In this document: positions 20,807 through 29,948 of the stretch, piece by piece
Position numbering within the stretch: position 1 is the first letter of the stretch
Layout: every line of letters begins with the position of its first letter
From: an uncultured Bacteroidales bacterium
GTDB taxonomy: Bacteria; Bacteroidota; Bacteroidia; Bacteroidales; ML635J-15
Direction of reading: 5' to 3'
Length of the DNA: 62,875 nucleotides
NCBI GenBank assembly: GCA_964527535.1
Contig: CAZGPW010000206.1
Coordinates: forward strand, 1-62,875
Notes under the pieces: generated by a model
The model's database searches: none
Told to the model about the DNA's origin: nothing
What the model saw: the letters and a program-made list of their open reading frames with translations, nothing else
Position numbers and translations under genes: made by a program

Positions 20807-22033
20807 TTAAGCGCGATAAAAATAACTGCTGATCATGAACACAGCCGAAACAATAATAAAAGCGTATCCAACGCCAACCAGATCACTAAACACCCCAAGC
20901 AATACAGCCATCAATGCTGCTGACAACGATTTTACCTGGCTCAGGGATGATAATACAGATGCATGAATTTTGGACTGCGTTAACGATGCAATGTGTGATA
21001 CGCCCATTGGCCTTCTCAGGTTTTCAATGATGATGATGAGCATAAATGGGATGATGGCAACAAGCGGGATGCCAATGATTTCACCTGCCCCCGCTATCAA
21101 TCCCATGGAAAACCCTAAAATGAGTGTAAGGTTCAGGGGAATATTCAGATCACTGTATTTATTGGCAAACCTCCCTGAATGCCTGGACGCCAAACTGCTG
21201 AATGTATAAATGAAAAAATACGTGATTCCGACGATGATGGAGATTTTATCCTGTTTTTCCATGCCGTACAACACAGGGATCAGAGGGGCTATATTTTTTA
21301 TGATGGCTTGCAGATATTCCCGGCTGGCTTTGTAGAACCCACTGAAAACAGAAACGTTAAGAACGGCTTTTATGTATTGGTATGACCGAAAGGTAAGCCA
21401 TAAATCACGCCATACAAGCCTGAATTGTATTTTTAAATGTTTCCATCTGAGTGTTTTATGTTCCCCGTCAAGCCAGGAAGGATATGATAAAAGCAACAGC
21501 ATATCAAGGACATAAGGGATGATGGTAAATAAAAATATGGAACGGTAATCCCCCTGGTAAAACACAATCGCTCCCGCAATCAATGCGGAAATTGCCGATC
21601 CCATCTGTGACCAGGAGCGTGTATGGCCGTAATAGTTTACTTTCTGAGACTGCCACCCATGCTTATCCAGGTAATGAAAAATCATGGCTTTATGAACACC
21701 GCTGCGGAATGAATCCCCAAGGGCATAAAAAACCATGGCCAGCACAAACAGTCCAAAGCCGTTTGAAAAGTAAAAAACAACAAAGGCTACAATATATACC
21801 GCAAACGACATAACCATGGTGTGCCGGCGTCCGGAAGCATCGGCAAATACACCTGAAGGAATTTCAAACACATTGATTAATATTTCACGCAGGCCAAACA
21901 AAATGCCTATTTGTGTGTAGCTTAAATCGTTAGCAAGGAAAAACAACAATAAAAAAGGTTCAAAAAACCGCATGTTTTTAAGAAACCCGTACAAACTAAA
22001 CTTATAATATTGTATGTCTTTTTGCAATTTCAT
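20807..22033 (-). CDS. MFS transporter
   Basis: 12-TM-like hydrophobic profile. 'GVFADASGRR' loop motif. Start placed at internal ATG (MKLQKDIQYYKF...); the tracked ORF extends to 22192. Confidence 0.72.
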   Translation of the reverse strand: MKLQKDIQYYKFSLYGFLKNMRFFEPFLLLFFLANDLSYTQIGILFGLREILINVFEIPSGVFADASGRRHTMVMSFAVYIVAFVVFYFSNGFGLFVLAMVFYALGDSFRSGVHKAMIFHYLDKHGWQSQKVNYYGHTRSWSQMGSAISALIAGAIVFYQGDYRSIFLFTIIPYVLDMLLLLSYPSWLDGEHKTLRWKHLKIQFRLVWRDLWLTFRSYQYIKAVLNVSVFSGFYKASREYLQAIIKNIAPLIPVLYGMEKQDKISIIVGITYFFIYTFSSLASRHSGRFANKYSDLNIPLNLTLILGFSMGLIAGAGEIIGIPLVAIIPFMLIIIIENLRRPMGVSHIASLTQSKIHASVLSSLSQVKSLSAALMAVLLGVFSDLVGVGYAFIIVSAVFMISSYFYRA

Positions 22034-22222
22034 GCCAATCTGATACGTGATTCGTTTGAGTTTGTTGTTTAGCCATTGTAATTTATGGTCAAAAATAGCA
22101 ATTTGTTGCCAATTTTTCATCCTGAGAAGTTGTGTTATAAAAACAAGAATAACAAAACCAATCTGTAATAAAACCGCATATAACATTAACAATCAAACAG
22201 CGGAGTTTTGTTTAAAAAATAT

Positions 22223-22320
22223 GGTTCTACTGCCCAATTTTCCGTCAATTGAGTTGGAAGTCGGAAGTCAGGAATTGTGAATATTTCTTCCGACTCCGTA
22301 CTCCCGTCTTCGGTCTTCCG
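22223..22320. repeat. intergenic hairpin/word repeat ('ggttctactgc..aatttt' + 'ggaagtcggaagtc' hairpin)
   Basis: The 'ggttctactgc' word is shared with 26397-26407. 8-bp stem gtcggaag (22260-22267) / cttccgac (22287-22294). Confidence 0.6.
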
Positions 22321-22412
22321 GTTGCTGCTTTTTAAATATAGACTTTAATCTTTATACCGGACTGATTTAGTCTAAAATTTGTATCTTAGCGTACATAACC
22401 GACAGCCCCATT

Positions 22413-24272
22413 ATGAAGAATACTGTATTTCTCTTTTTTGCATTGATTGTTGTGGCAGCTGCAAGCGCACAGCCATTAACACCGCAGGAAGTATGGATTC
22501 CCATGCGTGATGGTGACAGCCTGGCTGCTGATTTGCATGCACCGCAACCCGAACAACCGCGCCCCACTATCCTGGTTCAAACCCCTTACAACAAATATTA
22601 TTTCCGTTTTAACCTTCCCGTAGGCTATGGCACTGACATTGATGAATGTCCGTATAATTTTGTCATCATGGACTGGCGCGGGTTTTATGCATCTTCAGAG
22701 GCATCCAACCCCGATGCAACACGCGGGGAAGACGGTTACGATGCCATTGACTGGATTAAAGATCAGCCCTGGTCTGACGGAAATATTGGCACATGGGGTG
22801 CATCTGCACTGGGAAAAGTGCAATTTATGACTGCTAACGAACAACATCCAAACCACATTTGTGCTGTTCCCATTGTTGCCAGCCCTGAATATAATTACCA
22901 TGTATATTATCCCAACGGCGTTTACCGTGAAGAATACGTGGAACAACTGGATGGCCTTGGGTTTGGAATATCTGCATGGATAGATGCCCATCCGTACCAC
23001 GATTGGTTGTGGACTTATGTGGAAGATTCTACGTATGCCCCGGATGAAATTCAGATTCCCATGCTGATGATTGGCGGGTGGTACGACCATGCCACTGAAT
23101 GGGTACTCCGCTATTTCGAAGGGATTCGTTCCCAATCCCCTCCCGGTATTGCCGATCAGCACAAGCTAATGATGGGGCCATGGGCACACAATACCGTTGG
23201 CAAATTGAGTCAGGGGGAACTGGAATTTCCTGCAGCCCAGCATGTCAGTGAGCAATATGCACAGGCTTTTTTCGATTATCATTTGTTACAAGCGTACAAC
23301 AGTTGGCCATTCAACCCGGTTGTAAAATATTTTCAGATGGGCGATATGGAATGGCATGAAACAGAATCCTGGCCACCATCTGACTTCAGTGATGATACTT
23401 TTTACCTTCATGGAGATGGTTCCATGTCCGCAAATACTCCGGTTGCTGAAGATTCTTGTTCTACCTTCAGCTATGATCCACGTGACCCGTCACCAACCAT
23501 TGGAGGACCTACCTTGCATACAGATTTACAACAGGGGCCGTATGACCAGAGCCCTGTTGTGGAATCACGGGATGATATCCTGATTTTTGACAGCGGGGAA
23601 TTAGATGAACCTATTAGCATAGCTGGTGCGCCAAGGGTTGTATTGCATGTTTCAAGCAACAGGACAGATACCGATTTTGCCGTACGCCTTACCGATGTTT
23701 ATCCTGATGGCAGGAGTATGATATTGGCAGATGGGATATACCGGATGCGTTTCAGAAACGGCTACACCAGTACAGCGGAATCATTGATAACGCCCGGTGA
23801 AATCCATCAGATCGAAATTGAATTGCCGCATATGGCACAGACGTTTCCGGCAGGCCATCACATCAGGCTGGATATCACATCATCCAATTACCCGCGCTTT
23901 CACCGGAACATCAATAACGGCGAAGATTTGTATGCCCCCGGTGATACCCTGTCGGCTTTGAATAAAGTATATCACAACGCTTTACAATTGTCAAGGCTTA
24001 TATTACCTGTTGGTGATCTGGGAAACACACCTGTTGAAAAATACACACAAGCGCAAATATATCCCAACCCTGTGACTGAAAATGGCAGGTTGCATGTTCT
24101 GGGATCAAAAGGAAAAACCATAACAGTTATTAACAGCACAGGAAAGCTTTTGTTACAGGAAAATATACCATCATCACCGTACACCTTCCAACCGGATTTA
24201 TGCCCAGGTGTATATGTTATTAATATTCACGGAAGGAACCGGGTTCAAACTGAGAAATTGATTGTGAATTGA
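22413..24272 (+). CDS. CocE/NonD-family (S15 X-Pro dipeptidyl-peptidase-like) hydrolase with T9SS type-A CTD
   Basis: Signal peptide, 'WGASALG' nucleophile elbow. C-terminal 'IYPNPVTENGRLHV...GVYVINIHG' sorting domain. Confidence 0.82.
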   Translation: MKNTVFLFFALIVVAAASAQPLTPQEVWIPMRDGDSLAADLHAPQPEQPRPTILVQTPYNKYYFRFNLPVGYGTDIDECPYNFVIMDWRGFYASSEASNPDATRGEDGYDAIDWIKDQPWSDGNIGTWGASALGKVQFMTANEQHPNHICAVPIVASPEYNYHVYYPNGVYREEYVEQLDGLGFGISAWIDAHPYHDWLWTYVEDSTYAPDEIQIPMLMIGGWYDHATEWVLRYFEGIRSQSPPGIADQHKLMMGPWAHNTVGKLSQGELEFPAAQHVSEQYAQAFFDYHLLQAYNSWPFNPVVKYFQMGDMEWHETESWPPSDFSDDTFYLHGDGSMSANTPVAEDSCSTFSYDPRDPSPTIGGPTLHTDLQQGPYDQSPVVESRDDILIFDSGELDEPISIAGAPRVVLHVSSNRTDTDFAVRLTDVYPDGRSMILADGIYRMRFRNGYTSTAESLITPGEIHQIEIELPHMAQTFPAGHHIRLDITSSNYPRFHRNINNGEDLYAPGDTLSALNKVYHNALQLSRLILPVGDLGNTPVEKYTQAQIYPNPVTENGRLHVLGSKGKTITVINSTGKLLLQENIPSSPYTFQPDLCPGVYVINIHGRNRVQTEKLIVN

Positions 24273-24318
24273 TCCCTGAACATTTTTCACCCAGTCAAGA
24301 TCAATAGCAAAGTTCGCA

Positions 24319-25518
24319 TCAATGAAGTTTTTGCAATGCTGTTTTTATGCGTTCGATGGCTTTGATCAGGTTTTCTTCCGAGTTGGCGTACGAGATGCGT
24401 AAACACTCCGGTGCCCCGAATGCATCTCCGCCAACCGTAGCAACGTGAGCATTTTCAAGCAAATACATTGCGAGGTCGCTGGAATTATTGATGATAAAAT
24501 CACCATATTTTTTACCAATAATATAATTGACGTCCGGGAACACATAAAAAGCACCACCCGGGACAATGGTTTTCATCCCTGGAATATCCTTTAACAAATC
24601 AAGCACGAGATCGCGCCGTTCTTTAAATTTAACTGTCATTTTTTTTGACGCTTCCGTTCCTCCTTTTAAGGCAGCTTCAGCGGCTTTTTGTGCTATCGAA
24701 CAAGCTCCCGAAGTAAATTGCCCCTGCAATTTCTGGCATGCTTTGGTAATCCATTTGGGTCCGGCCATGTATCCAATGCGCCATCCGGTCATGGCATACC
24801 CTTTGGAGACACCATTTACAATAACCGTTTGGTCTTTTATGTTGTCAAATTGTGCAATGCTTTCGTGTTTTGAAACAAAGTTGATGTGTTCATAAATTTC
24901 ATCAGACAACACAATTACCTGCGGGTATTTTTCCAGTACATCAGCTAAAGCCTTTAATTCGTCTTTTGTGTATAAGCTTCCTGTAGGGTTTGAAGGAGAA
25001 GAAAAAATAATTAATCTGGTTTTTTCATTGATAGCACGTTCAAGTTGCTCCGGTCGCATTTTAAAATCAGATTCAATCCCACATTTCAACACAACAGGTG
25101 TGCCCTCAGCAATTTTAACCATTTCAACATAACTCACCCAGTAGGGCGCAGGCACAATCACTTCATCACCAGGGTCAACAACACTAAGCATGACATTAAT
25201 GAGGGAATGTTTAGCGCCTGCAGATACCATTATCTGATCATATGAGTAATCCAGATTATTTTCTTTTTTAAATTTTTCAGATATTGCCTTTCTGAGTTCT
25301 GGATAACCCGGCACAGGTGGATAATGTGTCCAGTTTTCACGGATGGCCTTAATGGCTGCCTCCTTTATGTACTCAGGGGTGTCAAAATCCGGCTCTCCAA
25401 TGCTCAGGTTAATCACATCGTGGCCTTGATCTTTAAGGTCTCTGCTTTTTTGTGTCATCGCCAATGTAGCACTGACGGATAATTTTTCCAAACGGTTTGA
25501 AATTTTTTCTGTAATCAT
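24319..25518 (-). CDS. class-I pyridoxal-phosphate aminotransferase (aspartate aminotransferase-like)
   Basis: 399 aa. 'SPSNPTG', PLP-lysine context 'NGVSKGYAMTGWRIGY', C-terminal 'LRISYA'. Confidence 0.9.
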   Translation of the reverse strand: MITEKISNRLEKLSVSATLAMTQKSRDLKDQGHDVINLSIGEPDFDTPEYIKEAAIKAIRENWTHYPPVPGYPELRKAISEKFKKENNLDYSYDQIMVSAGAKHSLINVMLSVVDPGDEVIVPAPYWVSYVEMVKIAEGTPVVLKCGIESDFKMRPEQLERAINEKTRLIIFSSPSNPTGSLYTKDELKALADVLEKYPQVIVLSDEIYEHINFVSKHESIAQFDNIKDQTVIVNGVSKGYAMTGWRIGYMAGPKWITKACQKLQGQFTSGACSIAQKAAEAALKGGTEASKKMTVKFKERRDLVLDLLKDIPGMKTIVPGGAFYVFPDVNYIIGKKYGDFIINNSSDLAMYLLENAHVATVGGDAFGAPECLRISYANSEENLIKAIERIKTALQKLH

Positions 25519-25602
25519 ATCAATGTGTAAATTTTTATGTAAATTTAAACTTTTAATTTTAAATTAAACATATTGTACAGCATTTAAAAAACAAATCTTA
25601 TT

Positions 25603-26121
25603 ATGTTAGGTGAAATTCTGCAAATTACAATCCCGGCGTTGTTGGTAATGGCTACTGCCGTTTATATGATGCAACATCAATCAAAGAAAGACCATGAATT
25701 AAAATTAACCGAACTTGCCATGGACAATCAAAAAACAATTACTCCACTCCGTTTGCAGGCCTACGAACGCGTGGTGATTTTTCTGGAAAGAATAACGCCA
25801 AACAGTATCGTATTCAGGTTGCAAACGCCCACGATGACAGCAGACCAATTGCACAAAGAAATGCTGGAACTTATCAGGGCAGAATATGAGCACAATTTAT
25901 CGCAGCAACTGTATTTGTCCAATCATGCATGGGGACAAGTTAAGCAAGCCAAAGAATTGACAATAAAACTCATCAACGAAGCGGCTGAAAATGTTAAACC
26001 CAATGATAACGCCATACAATTGAGCCGTGAAATTTTTGATAAGCTTGTGGAATTTGAGAAGGCTCCTACTCATGAAGCCATTGACACACTAAAAGAAGAG
26101 ATACACAAACTGTTTACCTGA
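25603..26121 (+). CDS. hypothetical protein with N-terminal TM helix
   Basis: 172-aa ORF, one N-terminal hydrophobic helix, helical remainder. No recognised motif. Confidence 0.5.
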   Translation: MLGEILQITIPALLVMATAVYMMQHQSKKDHELKLTELAMDNQKTITPLRLQAYERVVIFLERITPNSIVFRLQTPTMTADQLHKEMLELIRAEYEHNLSQQLYLSNHAWGQVKQAKELTIKLINEAAENVKPNDNAIQLSREIFDKLVEFEKAPTHEAIDTLKEEIHKLFT

Positions 26122-26396
26122 TTGTGTGGTAAATATTCTTGATGAGCCACATCAAAATAGTTTACAGGCAATACATCTATATATTGTTGTTTCCCGTTTC
26201 GAACTCCATGTTTTTGCACTATTATACTTCCACAGTTTATGCATTTTTTTTATTCGTAAGCGTTGATTTGTTTCAAAGATAGTGTTTTCACGTCATTCCG
26301 AAGATTATAGCCTACTTTTTGTCCATTAAGCCTAAATTTTAAATGCATCGTGTATGCAAATAATACGGATTATTTTTAAAATAAGTTGCAAAAAGC

Positions 26397-26590
26397 GGTT
26401 CTACTGCAAATTTTGTGCAACCAAGGGCAGAGCCAAGCCGCCGTCCTGCGATGTACTGCGATGTGTTGAGCGAAGCCGAAACAAGCGCAGTCGAAGTAAG
26501 CGAAGTCGAAGGGCGATGTCCTGAGCGCAGTCGAAGGGTTGCTTGAGCTATGCCGGGAGCGATGTATTGAGCGATGTCGAAATGCAGCCA
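26397..26590. repeat. GC-rich degenerate tandem word repeat (unit gcgatgtNNtgagcgNNgNcgaa)
   Basis: Units at 26458-26480, 26513-26535 and 26559-26581. 26448-26488 matches 59268-59308 at 37/41 positions. Confidence 0.75.
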
Positions 26591-26709
26591 AAATTATTCA
26601 ATTTTAATGGGTTATGATTAGCTGCCTGTTTACCTGATCTTTTTGTGATACCATTAGTTTTCCTTTCTACCTTTCGAAAACAGGAAAATAATTACCTTTT
26701 CTAGGTGAG

Positions 26710-26798
26710 CCTATGTGACCTACTGTGGTTCAAAAACTTGGAAACATCTCAGGTTGGAACCACATAGGCACAGTAGAACACATAGGAATTCACATAGG
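26710..26798. repeat. imperfect inverted repeat built from cctatgtg/cacatagg and ctactgtg/cacagtag words
   Basis: Left arm 26710-26731 'cctatgtgacctactgtggttc'. Right arm 26757-26786 'gaaccacataggcacagtagaacacatagg'. A third cacatagg lies at 26791-26798. Confidence 0.7.
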
Positions 26799-26992
26799 AT
26801 TAGCGATAAAAATCATCTGGCTAAACATTGAATGGATTAAAGAAAATTAGAATAAATAATTAAAATCACATGAATTATTAGCTTTAGGTATTCCTGGTTT
26901 TCCACTAAGTTTGCAGTTGAACACAAAAAGTTAAGATTATCTATGAAACCGGTGGCTGTTTGGTCAGTGATTCATTCCGAAGTGATTGATTT

Positions 26993-29770
26993 TTATGCAT
27001 TGAGTTTGCCTTTCAGGTATTGTCCTGTATAAGATTGGTTGCACTTGCTCAAATCTTCAGGTGTTCCTGCAAAAATAAGCTGCCCCCCTTTATCACCACC
27101 CTCAGGACCGAGATCAATTACCCAATCTGCCGACTTAATTATTTCGGGATTATGTTCAATAATCAATATGCTGTGGCCTCTGTTTTTAAGTTGTTCAAGG
27201 GATGAGAGCAATTTGTGGATGTCATGAAAATGCAAGCCGGTAGTTGGTTCATCAAAAATAAACATAGCCGGCGTCTGGGTTTCGTTACTCAGGTATGAAG
27301 CCAGCTTAATGCGTTGACTTTCCCCTCCACTGAGTGTATTTGAAGCTTGCCCCAATTTCAGATACCCCAACCCCACTTTCAGGTAATTATTCAGCAGTTT
27401 TACAATTTGTTTTTCACGGGAACCTGGGTTGGAAAAGAATTCCACAGCCTGATTTATTGTCATATCCAAAATATCCGCAATATTTTTTCCACCATATTTT
27501 ACTTCAAGGATTTCATTTTTAAACCGTTTTCCCCCACACTCTTCGCATGTCAGATAAACATCAGCCATGAATTGCATTTCAACCCTTATCCTGCCCTCCC
27601 CTTTACAGGCTTCACAACGGCCTCCATCAACATTAAACGAAAAGTATGCAGGTTTGTATTCCCTTTGTTTTGATAACTTTTGTTCAGCAAACAACCGCCT
27701 GACATCATCCCACGCCTTGATGTACGTAACCGGATTGGAACGCGATGATTTGCCAATGGGATGCTGATCAACGTACTGTATATCTGTTATCAATGAAAAA
27801 TCACCCTCTGAGGATTTATGCAATCCCGGCTTAGCTGCGTTATTCCCTGTTTTTCGTTGTATCACAGGCGTAATAATATCCCTGACAAGTGTACTTTTAC
27901 CAGAACCACTGACTCCGGTAACCACACACATCACCTGCAGGGGCAATTCCAGTTTTTCAATCTTCAGGTTATGTTGCCGTGCCCCATAAAAGCGAAGGCT
28001 ATTCTGCCATTGCTTTCTTTTCTCAGGCACTGGAATATGACGCTTGTGATTCAGGTATTCAGCCGTAATTGAGCCAGATGCGTTTAAAAATTGTTTTAAA
28101 GGGCCATTGAAGATAATTTCTCCACCTTGATAACCTGCTCCGGGCCCAATGTCAACAATGTGATCAGATTCCCTGATGACAGCTTCTTCGTGTTCAACAA
28201 CAACAACCGTATTCTGAAGATCACGCAAATTTTTCAACAGGTCGGTAAGCAAATGGGTGTCGCGCGGGTGCAAGCCTACAGAGGGTTCATCAAGAATATA
28301 AAGTGAGCCAACCAGGGCACTGCCCAGCGACGTCACCAAATTGATCCTTTGGGTTTCGCCACCGGATAAACTGGCGGCATGACGATTAAGCGTAAGGTAT
28401 GGTACTCCAACTTTGATCATGAACCTTAACCGGTTAACAATCTCTGTGAGAATCCTGTCAGCTATTTGATGCTCACGTTGGCTGAGTTTAATGGAATCAA
28501 CAAAATCCAACAAATGTTCTGCACTCATATCCACCAGTTCAGGGACACTTTTTTTATTCACTTTTACCCATGAAGTTTCTTTTTTCAGCCGCTTTCCGTG
28601 ACAGGCAGGACATACGGTACGTCCTCTGTATCGTGACAACATCACACGGTATTGGATTTTATATTTCTTTTTATCGAGGTACTTGAAAAAATCATTTATT
28701 CCGTAAAAAGCACTGCATCCCTCCCACAACATACTTTTTTGTTCCTCTGTCAGATCAATATACGGCCGGTGTACCGGGAAATTCACGCTGGAAGCATTGA
28801 TGACAAGCTGATCTTTCCACTTTTTCATTTTATCCCCTTTCCAGGCAACCACACAATCTTCCCATACAGATAAGTGAGGATTAGGAACAACAAGCTCCTC
28901 ATCAATACCGATAACACTTCCGTATCCTTCGCATTCAGGACATGCCCCGACAGGATTGTTAAAAGAAAACATGTGCTCTGTAGGTTCTTCAAACCGTATT
29001 CCGTCTTCTTCAAACACATTGGAAAAACTTCGTTGATTAAATTTTTCTTTAAATTCAGTTACGATGACGCATTTGCCTTCTCCTTCCTTAAACGCCATTT
29101 CTGCAGAATCCCTGATCCGGCTTTGAACAGATTTGTCCCGCTTATTTTTCAACCTGTCAAGCACAACACATACCGAATTTTTACTTACTTTTTCGTTTTT
29201 TAATTCATCAATTTTCCGAATACGCCGGTCAATCCATAAACGCCGGAACCCTTTCACCCTCAGGTTTTCCAGAAAGTTTTCCTGACTGTCACCGGCTACA
29301 TCCAGTGGAAAACAAATATAAATTTTACTGTCTTCAGGCTTGTCATCCAAGTATTCCACCACATCATTAACGTTCTGTTTTTTAACCAGTTTTCCGGAAA
29401 CAGGTGAGTATGTTTTCCCAATGCGGGCATACAGTAGTTTAATGTAATCGTATATTTCCGTCATGGTACCTACCGTTGAACGGGACGACCTTGACCCCAC
29501 TTTTTGCTGTATTGCTATGGCAGGAGGAATACCGCTTATCATATCGGCTTCCGGTTTACTGAGCCTGCCAAAAAACTGGCGGGCATAAGATGACAGGCTT
29601 TCAATGTAACGGCGCTGGCCTTCTGCGTACAACGTATCGTACACCAAACTGGATTTTCCTGACCCTGAAAGCCCTGTTACCACAATAAGTTTATCATAAG
29701 GGATGGTAAGGTCAATTCCTTTCAGGTTATGAACGCGGACATTTTTTAATATTATTCCTTGTTTAGTCAT
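26993..29770 (-). CDS. uvrA: excinuclease ABC subunit A
   Basis: 925 aa. 'GLSGSGKSSLVYDTLYAEGQRRYIESLSSYARQF', two ABC modules, zinc-finger CxxC pairs. Confidence 0.93.
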   Translation of the reverse strand: MTKQGIILKNVRVHNLKGIDLTIPYDKLIVVTGLSGSGKSSLVYDTLYAEGQRRYIESLSSYARQFFGRLSKPEADMISGIPPAIAIQQKVGSRSSRSTVGTMTEIYDYIKLLYARIGKTYSPVSGKLVKKQNVNDVVEYLDDKPEDSKIYICFPLDVAGDSQENFLENLRVKGFRRLWIDRRIRKIDELKNEKVSKNSVCVVLDRLKNKRDKSVQSRIRDSAEMAFKEGEGKCVIVTEFKEKFNQRSFSNVFEEDGIRFEEPTEHMFSFNNPVGACPECEGYGSVIGIDEELVVPNPHLSVWEDCVVAWKGDKMKKWKDQLVINASSVNFPVHRPYIDLTEEQKSMLWEGCSAFYGINDFFKYLDKKKYKIQYRVMLSRYRGRTVCPACHGKRLKKETSWVKVNKKSVPELVDMSAEHLLDFVDSIKLSQREHQIADRILTEIVNRLRFMIKVGVPYLTLNRHAASLSGGETQRINLVTSLGSALVGSLYILDEPSVGLHPRDTHLLTDLLKNLRDLQNTVVVVEHEEAVIRESDHIVDIGPGAGYQGGEIIFNGPLKQFLNASGSITAEYLNHKRHIPVPEKRKQWQNSLRFYGARQHNLKIEKLELPLQVMCVVTGVSGSGKSTLVRDIITPVIQRKTGNNAAKPGLHKSSEGDFSLITDIQYVDQHPIGKSSRSNPVTYIKAWDDVRRLFAEQKLSKQREYKPAYFSFNVDGGRCEACKGEGRIRVEMQFMADVYLTCEECGGKRFKNEILEVKYGGKNIADILDMTINQAVEFFSNPGSREKQIVKLLNNYLKVGLGYLKLGQASNTLSGGESQRIKLASYLSNETQTPAMFIFDEPTTGLHFHDIHKLLSSLEQLKNRGHSILIIEHNPEIIKSADWVIDLGPEGGDKGGQLIFAGTPEDLSKCNQSYTGQYLKGKLNA

Positions 29771-29823
29771 TCAAATTGGTACAATTTTTGTTGATTTGTT
29801 AAATAAATAAAATAAATAAAATG

Positions 29824-29831
29824 CAAATATG
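29824..29831 (-). promoter_or_regulatory. possible -7 promoter box (CATATTTG) for uvrA
   Basis: Near match to the Bacteroidota TAnnTTTG consensus on the minus strand, about 55 nt upstream of the uvrA start. Confidence 0.25.
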
Positions 29832-29851
29832 CACAAAACAAAAAATATTTG

Positions 29852-29859
29852 TATATTTG
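29852..29859 (+). promoter_or_regulatory. possible -7 promoter box (TATATTTG) for the ECF sigma gene
   Basis: Exact TAnnTTTG match about 90 nt upstream of the start at 29949. Confidence 0.4.
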
Positions 29860-29948
29860 CATAACAGTATTTGAACAAAAACGTTTAATTAATAAAAGAG
29901 ACTGCCTATAGAACATATTTTACGCTTTTAACCAAAAGAGGAAAACAT

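Noticed and set aside
26425-26445. Self-cleaving ribozyme-like fragments ('aagccgcc' twister-like; 'tgatgag' at 26141-26147 hammerhead-like)
   Set aside because: Only isolated short matches were found. The remaining conserved cores and helices could not be assembled by eye.
26458-26581. Possible mini-CRISPR array (three 23-nt repeats with 32- and 23-nt spacers)
   Set aside because: The repeats differ from each other at 4-5 of 23 positions. The 'spacers' are built from the same sub-words as the repeats. No cas genes are present in the window.
26376-26591. 71-aa minus-strand ORF in the uvrA-downstream gap
   Set aside because: It lies entirely within the GC-rich word repeat and translates to low-complexity Arg/Ser/Ala/Cys sequence. 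The open frame is explained by repeat composition.
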